Shown here: positions 8,411 through 16,780 of the stretch, in pieces
Layout of the letters: each line of letters starts with the position of its first letter
How positions within the stretch are numbered: position 1 is the first letter of the stretch
Origin: Desulfotalea psychrophila LSv54
GTDB lineage: Bacteria > Desulfobacterota > Desulfobulbia > Desulfobulbales > Desulfocapsaceae
NCBI RefSeq assembly: GCF_000025945.1
Contig: NC_006138.1
Coordinates: 1,410,001-1,442,000, forward strand
Reading direction: 5' to 3'
DNA: 32,000 nucleotides
The notes under the pieces: model-generated
The model's database searches: none
What the model was told of the DNA's origin: nothing
Seen by the model: only the letters and a program-made list of their open reading frames with translations
Translations under genes and position numbers: made by a program

Positions 8411-9709
8411 ATGTTTTGGGAAAAAGATAAAGAATGTATGGGCCGAGAGGAGCTGGAACAGCTCCAATTAGAGAGATTACAGTCAGTCCTTTACCGTGTG
8501 GGAACCCACGTGCCCTTTTATCGGCAGAAGTTTAACGAGCTCAAGGTGAACTATGACTCTTTTACCAGCCTTGATGACCTGCGCAGCCTGCCATTTACCA
8601 TGAAGCAGGATCTGCGGGATAATTATCCCTATGGTCTCTTTGCTGTGCCTCTGCGTGAAGTTGTACGTTTACACTCCTCCTCCGGGACAACGGGAAATGC
8701 AACCGTTGTTGGCTATACCAAAAATGATATTAATACCTGGTCAAACCTGGTTGCCCGCATTCTCTGCTGTGCTGGTCTGACTGAGGATGATGTAATCCAG
8801 ATAGCCTTTGGTTATGGACTCTTTACCGGTGGTTTTGGTCTGCACTATGGAGCAGAACGTCTCGGTGCTTCGGTGATTCCTATTTCTGCGGGCAACACCA
8901 AACGTCAGATTCAGATCATGCAGGATTTTAAAACCACCGCCCTGGTCTGTACCCCCTCCTATGCCCTGAAAATGGCCGATGAGATGATGGATATGGGCAT
9001 TAATCCTGCTGGGCTCTCCCTCAAGTTTGGTCTCTTTGGGGCTGAACCCTGGTCCGAGGCCATGCGTCGTGAGATCAGTGATCGTCTTGGTCTCAAGGCA
9101 ACGGACAACTACGGACTCTCCGAAGTTATGGGTCCGGGGGTGGCCGGTGAATGTACGGAGTGTAATGGTCTGCATGTAAATGAGGATCATTTTCTGGTTG
9201 AGATACTTGATCCCCAGACTCTGGAGCCCATGCCTCCTGGAGAAATTGGTGAGATGGTCATTACTACCCTGACCAAGGAGGCCTTTCCCCTTATTCGTTA
9301 TCGTACCCGCGACTTGACCCGCTTCCTGCCGGGAGACTGCCCCTGTGGGCGTACCTCTCGTCGTATTGAGCGTATTCTTGGTCGTAGTGACGACATGCTC
9401 ATTATCAAGGGGGTAAACGTCTTTCCTACCCAGGTGGAATCGGTTTTGTTTGATATTGATGGCACTGAACCTCATTATCGTATAATTGTAGAGCGGGAAA
9501 ATAATGTTGATAGGGCAACTGTGCTTGTGGAGGTAAATGAGACGACCTTTTTCCATGAGATGAAAAAGCAGAGAGCCCTTATTAACGAGATAAAACGCCG
9601 TTTGACCAGTGAAATTGGAGTGGGCTTTGAGGTGAAGTTTGTTGAGGAGAGAACCTTAGAACGTTTCGAAGGCAAGGCCCAACGGGTTATTGATAAACGT
9701 AAGTTATGA
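8411..9709 (+). CDS. paaK: phenylacetate-CoA ligase family (arylacetate-CoA ligase), paralogue 2
   Basis: 432 aa with the same motif set as 2913..4223 ([61 protein letters not shown]). A bit over half of positions are identical to paralogue 1 by eye. Confidence 0.85.
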   Translation: MFWEKDKECMGREELEQLQLERLQSVLYRVGTHVPFYRQKFNELKVNYDSFTSLDDLRSLPFTMKQDLRDNYPYGLFAVPLREVVRLHSSSGTTGNATVVGYTKNDINTWSNLVARILCCAGLTEDDVIQIAFGYGLFTGGFGLHYGAERLGASVIPISAGNTKRQIQIMQDFKTTALVCTPSYALKMADEMMDMGINPAGLSLKFGLFGAEPWSEAMRREISDRLGLKATDNYGLSEVMGPGVAGECTECNGLHVNEDHFLVEILDPQTLEPMPPGEIGEMVITTLTKEAFPLIRYRTRDLTRFLPGDCPCGRTSRRIERILGRSDDMLIIKGVNVFPTQVESVLFDIDGTEPHYRIIVERENNVDRATVLVEVNETTFFHEMKKQRALINEIKRRLTSEIGVGFEVKFVEERTLERFEGKAQRVIDKRKL

Positions 9710-9731
9710 TGATTTACATAGAATGAGGTTA

Positions 9732-9752
9732 CGGGGAGAATTTTTCTCCCCG
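9732..9752 (+). other. GC-rich hairpin between paaK' and rph, with no T-tract
   Basis: CGGGGAGAA-TTT-TTCTCCCCG: 9-bp perfect stem, 3-nt loop, followed by CAGAAGAT. May be a processing or stability element, or a leaky terminator. Confidence 0.35.
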
Positions 9753-9760
9753 CAGAAGAT

Positions 9761-10471
9761 ATGGTAATGAGACAAAATAATAGAACAGCAGAGAGCCTTC
9801 GCCCTATTTCCATAGAGCGTGGAGTGCAGCTCCACGCAGATGCCTCTGTCCTGATCAGGATGGGTAATACCCATGTTATCTGTGGCGTCAGTGTGGAGGA
9901 GAGTGTGCCTCCCTTTATGCGGGGCAGTGGTAAGGGATGGATTACGGCAGAATACGGTATGTTGCCCTGTGCAACGGACAGTCGCTACCGTCGTGAGACC
10001 AATGGCCGTTCTGGTCGGACCATGGAGATTCAGCGACTCATTGGTCGCAGTCTGCGCATGATGGTGGACCTTGAGACCATCGGCGAGAGAACCCTGCGTG
10101 TTGACTGTGACGTGCTTAATGCCGATGGTGGCACTCGTACCGCCTCCATCACCGGAGGAGCCCTGGCCCTGCGTGATGCCTTTACCAAGCTGCATACAAC
10201 GGGCCTCTTGGAGAAGATGCCCGAGATAATGCCCGTTGTGGCTATTTCCGTGGGCATGAAGGATGGCCAGGCCCTGCTTGATCTGGACTATGTCGAAGAT
10301 TCCAGTGCCGATGCCGATGCCAACTTTGTCATGGCAGGTGATGGTCGCTGGATCGAGGTTCAGTCCACCGCCGAAGGTCGTCCCTTCTCCCATGATCAGT
10401 TTCTGGCCATGGCAGACCTTGCCCAAAAGGGTTCTGCAGAGCTTCTTCAGCTCTGGCGGGATCAGGAGTAG
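9761..10471 (+). CDS. rph: ribonuclease PH
   Basis: [74 protein letters not shown]. 236 aa. Start is ATG 9761 or 9767. Confidence 0.92.
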
Positions 10472-10487
10472 TGAGTTTTTGATTTAT

Positions 10488-10526
10488 CGGTGGAATTCAT
10501 CTTAGATGGATTCCACTGGCCTTTTT
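10488..10526 (+). terminator. rho-independent terminator after rph
   Basis: CGGTGGAATTCAT / ATGGATTCCACTG stem (about 13 bp including G-U pairs), then GCC and TTTTT. Confidence 0.6.
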
Positions 10527-10743
10527 CCCCACCTCCCCCTCCTCTGTTCCTTAAGCGTCCTTTTTCCCGTTTCCATACTTTCTGAAAAAGAGGGAAAAAA
10601 ATACGTATAAGTTACTTTTTCCCTAGATATTTTTCTGATTTCGTAATGATCGTCCCTCTTTGACTGCTTTATCTCTTGAAAGAGAAGCGTCTTGTAACTA
10701 AGGTGGGCGGAAATTTAACAGTAAATATCAATGGGGAGGTCTC

Positions 10744-12171
10744 ATGCTTGGTTCTTTAAGAGGTGCAGTGGATGCAGCAATTGGTGTCGCAAATGGTTTG
10801 TTATGGGGTAAGTTGCTGATCTATGTCCTCGTCCTGACTGGTTTATATTTCACTCTCCGCCTTGGCTGTATTCAGTTACGTCTCTTTTTTCATGGGGTTC
10901 AACTTGTTCGTGCTGGTCGTGAAAAGGTAAATGGTATCTCCTCTTTTCAGGTCTTCTGTACCTCCATGGCTGCCCGGGTAGGTACGGGCAATATGGCAGG
11001 TGTTGCCGTTGCTATTACCGTCGGGGGGGCAGGTTCTATTTTCTGGATGTGGCTCATTGCCCTGTTGGGTATGGCAACAGCCTTTGTCGAATCCACCCTT
11101 GCCCAGCTGTACAAGATAAGAGGTGTGGACGGTACCTATCGTGGTGGCCCTGCCTACTATATGGAACAGGGGCTTGGCATGCGTTGGATGGGCATTCTCT
11201 TCTCTATCCTCCTTATCATTGCCTTTGGTTTTGCCTTTAATTCAGTGCAGGCAAATACCATCACCGACGCCCTCAATAATGCCTTTGGCTTTAATAAGAC
11301 CATTGTTGGTATTATTATTGTGGCCTTTACCGGATATATCATCATGGGTGGCCTGAGGAAGGTTGCCCGGGTCTCTGAGATTATTGTCCCCTTTATGGCC
11401 GTGCTCTACCTGCTTATTGCCCTGACCGTGGTTGTCCTTAATATAGAAAAAATACCAACAGTACTGGTCCTTATCTTCGATAGCGCCTTTGGCATAAGAG
11501 AGGCCACCGGTGGTATGATGGGCGCCCTGATGGCCGGTGTTGCCCGGGGACTCTTCTCCAATGAGGCGGGTATGGGAAGTGCTGCCAATGTTGCCGCCTC
11601 TGCCACCCCAAATCCCCATCATCCGGCCTCTCAAGGATTTGTCCAGATGATAGGTGTCTTTGTCGATACCCTTGTTATCTGTACTGCCTCAGCGGCAATT
11701 ATCATGCTCTCCGGTGTACTTGATGCCCCGGCCGGTGAGAGGGGGATCGGTCTCTTGCAACTGGCCTTGACCAATGAGATAGGCCCTTGGGCGACATACT
11801 TTCTCGCCTTTGCCATTATCATGTTTTGCTTTAGCTCCATCATTGCCAACTATAGCTATGCAGAAACCAATATTATGTTTCTCACCAAGAGCAGGCGGGT
11901 CATGGTGACCTTTCGCTTTGCCGTGTTAGCCATTGTTATGACCGGTTCCGTGGCTTCTCTGCAGACCGTGTGGAACTTTGCCGATGTCTCCATGGGTCTG
12001 ATGGCCCTGGTTAATATCGCCGCCATTCTTATGCTCTCCGGCGTGGCCTTTGCCGTGATTAAGGATTATGAGGGGCAGATGAAGGCGGGCAAAAAACCAG
12101 ATTTTGATGCCAATAAGTTCCCTAAAATTCATGCCCAGCTCTCCTGCAATACCTGGAAGAGGGAGGAGTAG
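10744..12171 (+). CDS. sodium:alanine symporter family (AGCS) transporter, tandem copy 1
   Basis: 475 aa, about 11 TM helices. AGCS signature FQVFCTSMAARVGTGNMAGVAVAITVGGAGSIFWMWLIALLGMATAFVES and GLFSNEAGMGSAANVAASA. GGGGAGG SD before ATG 10744. Confidence 0.9.
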   Translation: MLGSLRGAVDAAIGVANGLLWGKLLIYVLVLTGLYFTLRLGCIQLRLFFHGVQLVRAGREKVNGISSFQVFCTSMAARVGTGNMAGVAVAITVGGAGSIFWMWLIALLGMATAFVESTLAQLYKIRGVDGTYRGGPAYYMEQGLGMRWMGILFSILLIIAFGFAFNSVQANTITDALNNAFGFNKTIVGIIIVAFTGYIIMGGLRKVARVSEIIVPFMAVLYLLIALTVVVLNIEKIPTVLVLIFDSAFGIREATGGMMGALMAGVARGLFSNEAGMGSAANVAASATPNPHHPASQGFVQMIGVFVDTLVICTASAAIIMLSGVLDAPAGERGIGLLQLALTNEIGPWATYFLAFAIIMFCFSSIIANYSYAETNIMFLTKSRRVMVTFRFAVLAIVMTGSVASLQTVWNFADVSMGLMALVNIAAILMLSGVAFAVIKDYEGQMKAGKKPDFDANKFPKIHAQLSCNTWKREE

Positions 12172-12182
12172 CAGCATGTTCT

Positions 12183-12202
12183 GAGCTCTGCTCGCAGAGC
12201 TC
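12183..12202. other. 20-nt palindrome GAGCTCTG-CTCG-CAGAGCTC, 11 nt after the AGCS-1 stop
   Basis: Perfect 8-bp arms around a 4-nt centre. Repeated at 13960-13979 with only the centre changed (CCCG). Not followed by a T-tract. Confidence 0.6.
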
Positions 12203-12229
12203 TACTGTAAACCAGCTCTTTGTGGACAG

Positions 12230-12253
12230 CCCCCCCCACCACCACACCACCAC
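12230..12253. repeat. C8 homopolymer followed by a degenerate (CCA)n tract
   Basis: CCCCCCCCACCACCACACCACCAC, read directly. On the minus strand it is a G-rich GGTGGTGTGGTGGTGGGGGGGG tract. Lies in the spacer between the two AGCS paralogues. Confidence 0.8.
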
Positions 12254-12290
12254 AGTTAAGATTAGCCGGTACCCTCATTGACTGGGCAGC

Positions 12291-12327
12291 GAACCTGTGA
12301 TAGACCTTTGTTATAGGGTTCTTTTTT
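12291..12327 (+). terminator. candidate terminator for AGCS copy 1
   Basis: GAACC (12291-12295) pairs with GGTTC (12317-12321), with additional imperfect inner pairing, followed by TTTTTT (12322-12327). Confidence 0.4.
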
Positions 12328-12529
12328 GATCAGCCGGTTTCATCTGTTTCTTCTCCCCGTGGTCTATGGACCTACGATCCTCTCTTTGCTTCTCGCTCAG
12401 ATCCTGTACAGCCTTTAGTAGCACCGATCTCCCCCCTCCAGAGTGCGTTGCCACCTCTATTTCGCAGTGAGGTGGCTGGCAACTAATGGTGGCTAAAAAA
12501 TCAACAGTAAGTTTGAATGATGAGGTCCT

Positions 12530-13948
12530 ATGTTTGATTCTTTCCAAGCTGTAGTTGCTACTGTACATAATTTTCTATGGGGTCACTTGCTGACCTATGT
12601 TCTGATTCTAGCCGGTCTCTATTTCACCTTCCGTCTTGGCTTTATCCAGTTACGTCTCTTTTTCCATGGCCTAAAGGTTCTACGTCTTGGTCGTGAAAGG
12701 GTAGAGGGTATTTCTTCTTTTCAGGTTTTCTGTACATCTATGGCTGCCCGGATAGGTACGGGCAATATAGCGGGTATTGCCCTTGCCATTACCGTTGGTG
12801 GTCCGGGTGCCATCTTTTGGATGTGGATCATGGCCATTTTTGGGATGGCAACATCCTTTGTCGAATCCACCCTGGCCCAGTTGTACAAGGTAAGAGGGGT
12901 GGAGGATGACGTTTATCGTGGTGGTCCCGCCTACTATATGGAACAGGGGCTCGGCAGGCGTTGGATGGGCATTCTTTTCTCTATTCTTCTCATCATCACC
13001 TATGGTCTTGCCTTTAACTCTGTCCAGGCAAATACCATCACCGATGCCCTTGATCATGCCTTCGGTTTTGACAGGACTATTGTGGGTATTACTGTTGTGG
13101 TCATTACCGGATATATCATCATGGGTGGCCTGAAGAAGGTTGCTCGGGCAGCTGAGGTCATTGTCCCCTTCATGGCCGGACTCTATCTGCTTCTGGCCCT
13201 GGTGGTGGTGGTTCTTAACATAGAAAAAATACCCGCAGTATTGGCCCTTATCTTTGACAGTGCCTTTGGCCTGCAAGCGGCCAGCGGTGGTATGTTGGGT
13301 GCGCTAACAGTGGGTGTTTCCCGGGGACTCTTCTCCAATGAGGCGGGTATGGGAAGTGCTGCCAATGTCGCTGGATCTGCCACCCCAAATCCTCCTCATC
13401 CGGCCTCCCAGGGTTTTGTCCAGATGATTGGTGTCTTTGCCGATACCTTCATCATCTGTACAGCTTCGGCGGCAATTGTTCTGCTCTCCGGGGTAATTGA
13501 TACAAAAACCAGTGAGACGGGAATAGGCCTGGTGCAACTGGCCCTGACCAATGAAATGGGCCATTGGTCAATCTATTTTCTCACCTTTACCATTATCCTC
13601 TTCTGCTATAGTTCTATCATTGCCAATTACGGTTATGCAGAGTCCAATGTTCTCTTTCTCACCAGGAGTAGGGGCGCCGTTCAGGCCCTTCGCCTCTCTG
13701 TTCTGGCCATTGTCATGATCGGTTCCATCTCCCCTTTCCAGGCAGTGTGGAGTCTTACCGATATTTCCATGGGCCTGATGGCCCTGGTGAACATCATTGC
13801 TATTTTTATGCTCTCGGGTGTGGCCGTGACGGTGATTAGGGATTATGAAAGGCAGATGAAGGCGGGTAAGCTACCGGAATTTGATGCCGGTAAGTTCCCT
13901 GAAATTCATGCCCAGCTCTCCTGTAATACCTGGAAGGGGGAGGAGTAG
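12530..13948 (+). CDS. sodium:alanine symporter family (AGCS) transporter, tandem copy 2
   Basis: 472 aa, roughly three quarters identical to copy 1 by eye (25 mismatches in a 105-residue stretch I counted). Same AGCS signatures and the same C-terminus HAQLSCNTWK(R/G)EE. Confidence 0.9.
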   Translation: MFDSFQAVVATVHNFLWGHLLTYVLILAGLYFTFRLGFIQLRLFFHGLKVLRLGRERVEGISSFQVFCTSMAARIGTGNIAGIALAITVGGPGAIFWMWIMAIFGMATSFVESTLAQLYKVRGVEDDVYRGGPAYYMEQGLGRRWMGILFSILLIITYGLAFNSVQANTITDALDHAFGFDRTIVGITVVVITGYIIMGGLKKVARAAEVIVPFMAGLYLLLALVVVVLNIEKIPAVLALIFDSAFGLQAASGGMLGALTVGVSRGLFSNEAGMGSAANVAGSATPNPPHPASQGFVQMIGVFADTFIICTASAAIVLLSGVIDTKTSETGIGLVQLALTNEMGHWSIYFLTFTIILFCYSSIIANYGYAESNVLFLTRSRGAVQALRLSVLAIVMIGSISPFQAVWSLTDISMGLMALVNIIAIFMLSGVAVTVIRDYERQMKAGKLPEFDAGKFPEIHAQLSCNTWKGEE

Positions 13949-13959
13949 CAGCATGTTTT

Positions 13960-13979
13960 GAGCTCTGCCCGCAGAGCTC
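13960..13979. other. second copy of the 20-nt palindrome (GAGCTCTG-CCCG-CAGAGCTC)
   Basis: Same position relative to the stop codon as 12183-12202. Arms identical, centre differs by one base. Confidence 0.6.
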
Positions 13980-14011
13980 TACTGTAAACCAGCTCTTTGC
14001 TGAAAGAAAGA

Positions 14012-14045
14012 GGGGCCCCATCGTCTGATGGTTGGCCCTTTTTTT
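14012..14045 (+). terminator. rho-independent terminator after AGCS copy 2
   Basis: GGGCCCCAT ... ATGG(TT)GGCCC stem (5+4 bp with a 2-nt bulge) followed by T7. Confidence 0.75.
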
Positions 14046-14377
14046 ATACCCATGGATGGGTTGTATACTGCGATGGCAGAGATGCCAAGGAGCAGTGATG
14101 CTAGGACGTTCCCCTCGCCAGCCCAATTCTCATCTCATTCTCTAATTGGATGATTTTGAGCTGAAATCTGAAGTATAGGTGCGTTGATGAGACGAAAAGC
14201 TGGAATTAACTAGATGCGAAATCTTATTTCCTGATAAACACCGTATGGTGTGAGGTCTCCTCAAACAGGGCGCGATTTGAAGTTTAAAAGCCACAAGAGC
14301 TGACCTAAATCCTCAACAGGAACTGTCAAAAAGTCTGTTCCCATAGGCCAACTTCCTCCCCTTGCTAGTATAAGATG

Positions 14378-14404
14378 AAGTTATTGTTCCAATAACTTTT
14401 TTTT
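14378..14404 (+). terminator. orphan rho-independent terminator in an ORF-free region
   Basis: AAGTTATTG-TTC-CAATAACTT: perfect 9-bp stem, running into a T8 tract. Plus-strand polarity (the minus strand has no T-tract after it). No ORF of 60 aa or more ends here; the nearest upstream gene already has its own terminator at 14012-14045. Confidence 0.55.
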
Positions 14405-14718
14405 ATGGTATCTTTCTTGTCATAACAAATTTTCAGGGCGCGAGTATGCTTTTAAAGGCATTTAATTCGGTAACTTTTTGTGTTTTAAAGGGTTTTTTCA
14501 GGATACCAGTTTTATGCAATTACTCATGGGGTATCTTGCCCTTGTGCGGGAAAATCGTTCGCCAATTAATCAACAGGTTTGCTTGATGTTGTTATGTAGG
14601 AAAACTGTAATCAGTTTCTATTGTCAGAAAAGCGCAAGAGGCTGATTCTGAAAATAAGAAGGTCTGCAGTAGATTGGAACGAAGTCAGGGATAATAATAG
14701 AGTTAAAGGGGACCAAGG

Positions 14719-16731
14719 ATGAGAGCAAAAATTAATACAAGATCATTATATTTCAAACTTGTCGCAGGTGGAATTTTAGCAGTACTCTTGCCTCTGCTCA
14801 TTGTCGGTTTTTGGGTAGTACATAAGACAAATGAGACTCTTTTTGAGATAAGTAGAGAAGTTCTACAGAACGAGGCAAAACAATTAAGTGGTTATGTTGA
14901 AATATCACTGGATCTTCAACGGGAAGTGGCCGCTGCCTTCACCACGGATCTATTGACGCTTGAAGTAATTGAGAAGGTTAATAGGGTTGGTGTTGCAAGC
15001 GCAGGAGATGATATTGCCGTGCTACGCAGGGCGATGAAAGATAAGTATGCTCTTCTTGATAATAGTCGTTATTTGGGTGTTTTTGTAACCGATAAAAAGG
15101 GTCTTCTTATCACCGGTGAGCTGGCCAGTGGGAAAGAGTACAGGGGCAGCAATATTGCCAGTCGTGGCTACTTTCAAAGGGTAAAGAGCAGTGGCGAGGT
15201 TGTGGTTGGAGAGATAGCAAGATCAAAGAGTACCGGCAAGATTATCTATGTGGTCTGTGCTCCCATTGTCTCTGGTGATCATCGCTTTCAAGGTGTTATC
15301 GGTCTTGCCGTCAGTGCAAAATTCTTGCTGGATAAATTTGCAGAGGTCGCACCGGGTGCCACCGGATACTCCTCCATGGTGAATAGGAGAGGTGTGGTCA
15401 ATATCCATCCAAATAAAAAACTTATCTTGCAGCATGATTTAAGCCGTGATGATGGTTTGGAAGAGTTAAGTAAAGCCATGCTGGCCGGTGAAACGGATGT
15501 GATCAGTTACAGTTATAAGGGGGATGCTAAGGTGGCAGGTTTTGCTCCTGTTCCCAGTCAGAAATGGAGTGTTATTGTAACCCAGGAACAGGATGACTTT
15601 TTAGGGGCAGCCCATGAAATCAGAGATTCAGTGAGCTTTATTACCCTGATTTCTCTTATAGCTGTAGCCGTTGTGGTGTTTTTTGCTTCACAAACTCTGG
15701 TACGACCAATGCAGAGGGTGGTGGAGGGCCTAAAGGATATTGCCCAGGGCGAGGGCGATTTAACCATGCGTCTTCAGGTGACTTCAAAGGATGAGGTAGG
15801 AGATATTGCCCTGTGGTTTAATGTTTTTATCGAGAAGTTACAGCAAATTATAATTAGGCTTTCGGAAAATAGTACTCCGGTGGCTGTCAGTGCTGGTCAA
15901 CTTTCGGTTATTGCCCGTGAGCTTTTGGTTAATGCAGAGGATACATCCACCCGCTCTGATAATGTCGCTGCGGCGGCAGAGGAGATGAGTGCAAATCTCA
16001 ATACTGTTTCTGCTGCCATGGAGCAGTCTTCAGCTAATATAGGTATGGTGGCATCTGCATCCGAGGAGATGACTGCAACTATTGGTGAAATCGCAGAAAG
16101 TGCGGGGAAGGCTCATGCTGTTTCAAGTTTGGCTGTTGAACAATCACAAAGTGCATCTGAAAAAATGGATGAGTTGAGTAGTGCAGCAGAAAAAATTGGT
16201 AAGGTCACGGAGACTATAACTGAGATATCAGAGCAGACAAATCTCTTGGCATTGAATGCCACCATTGAGGCCGCAAGGGCTGGTGAGTCTGGCAAGGGTT
16301 TTGCTGTGGTAGCCAATGAAATTAAAGAGTTGGCTAAGCAAACAGCCGAGGCAACATCTGATATTAAAAATGTTATTGGCAATGTGCAGCATACTGCTAA
16401 AATGGCAGAGGGTGAAATTGAGCAAATTACCAGGGTAATAGAGGATGTAAATGAAATCGTAGCCACGATAGCAGCGACCGTTGAGGAACAGTCGGTGACC
16501 ACCCGAGAGATAAGCGCAAATATTGTTCAGGCAAGTGCCGGTATTCAGGAGGTGAATACAAACGTAAGTGAGAGCTCCGTTGTTTCAGGTGAAATGACAA
16601 AGGATATTAGCGGTGTTTCCCAGGTGTCCCGGACCATAGCTACCAAGGGGCGAGATGTTCAGCAAAGTGCCGATGACCTACTGGGATTGTCGGCTGAACT
16701 GGCTAAGATTGTTAAGCTGTTTAAAGTTTAG
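14719..16731 (+). CDS. methyl-accepting chemotaxis protein with periplasmic Cache-type sensor and HAMP domain
   Basis: 670 aa. TM1 [21 protein letters not shown], a ~270-aa periplasmic region, TM2 [21 protein letters not shown] ([25 protein letters not shown]), and the invariant signalling hairpin [35 protein letters not shown]. Confidence 0.9.
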   Translation: MRAKINTRSLYFKLVAGGILAVLLPLLIVGFWVVHKTNETLFEISREVLQNEAKQLSGYVEISLDLQREVAAAFTTDLLTLEVIEKVNRVGVASAGDDIAVLRRAMKDKYALLDNSRYLGVFVTDKKGLLITGELASGKEYRGSNIASRGYFQRVKSSGEVVVGEIARSKSTGKIIYVVCAPIVSGDHRFQGVIGLAVSAKFLLDKFAEVAPGATGYSSMVNRRGVVNIHPNKKLILQHDLSRDDGLEELSKAMLAGETDVISYSYKGDAKVAGFAPVPSQKWSVIVTQEQDDFLGAAHEIRDSVSFITLISLIAVAVVVFFASQTLVRPMQRVVEGLKDIAQGEGDLTMRLQVTSKDEVGDIALWFNVFIEKLQQIIIRLSENSTPVAVSAGQLSVIARELLVNAEDTSTRSDNVAAAAEEMSANLNTVSAAMEQSSANIGMVASASEEMTATIGEIAESAGKAHAVSSLAVEQSQSASEKMDELSSAAEKIGKVTETITEISEQTNLLALNATIEAARAGESGKGFAVVANEIKELAKQTAEATSDIKNVIGNVQHTAKMAEGEIEQITRVIEDVNEIVATIAATVEEQSVTTREISANIVQASAGIQEVNTNVSESSVVSGEMTKDISGVSQVSRTIATKGRDVQQSADDLLGLSAELAKIVKLFKV

Positions 16732-16780
16732 TGGGTTCCACTGTCCCTGTAGCAAATCTACTGAACATTTTCATAGGAAA

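Larger units (their letters stand above)
10696..12222 (+). repeat. tandem duplication unit, copy 1 (AGCS gene plus ~50 nt of each flank)
   Basis: Homologous to 12481..13999. The 5' flanks align (AACTAAGGTGGGCGGAAATTTAACAGTAAATATCAATGGGGAGGTCTCATG vs AACTAATGGTGGCTAAAAAATCAACAGTAAGTTTGAATGATGAGGTCCTATG). The coding regions and 51 nt after the stops also align. Confidence 0.85.
12481..13999 (+). repeat. tandem duplication unit, copy 2
   Basis: See copy 1 (10696..12222). Homology ends right after CCAGCTCTTTG in both copies. Confidence 0.85.

Noticed and set aside
8741-9556. 271-aa minus-strand ORF
   Set aside because: It lies entirely antisense to the well-supported paaK paralogue. It has no recognisable motifs and low-complexity, odd composition, so it is a typical shadow ORF.
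9704-10426. 240-aa minus-strand ORF
   Set aside because: It is antisense to rph (RNase PH motifs are clear on the plus strand), so it is a shadow ORF.
10527-10743. Glycine or other amino-acid riboswitch in the leaders of the AGCS genes (also 12203-12529 and 27724-28050)
   Set aside because: AGCS genes are often glycine-riboswitch controlled. However, I found no GGAGAG...CACCGAAGGGGCAA-type core on the sense strand. The only CTCTGGAGGGG-like stretch (about 12425-12445) is on the wrong strand.
12311-12568. 85-aa minus-strand ORF in the spacer between the AGCS paralogues
   Set aside because: It overlaps the AGCS-2 start, has no SD and shows no family resemblance. It is more likely chance in a non-coding spacer.
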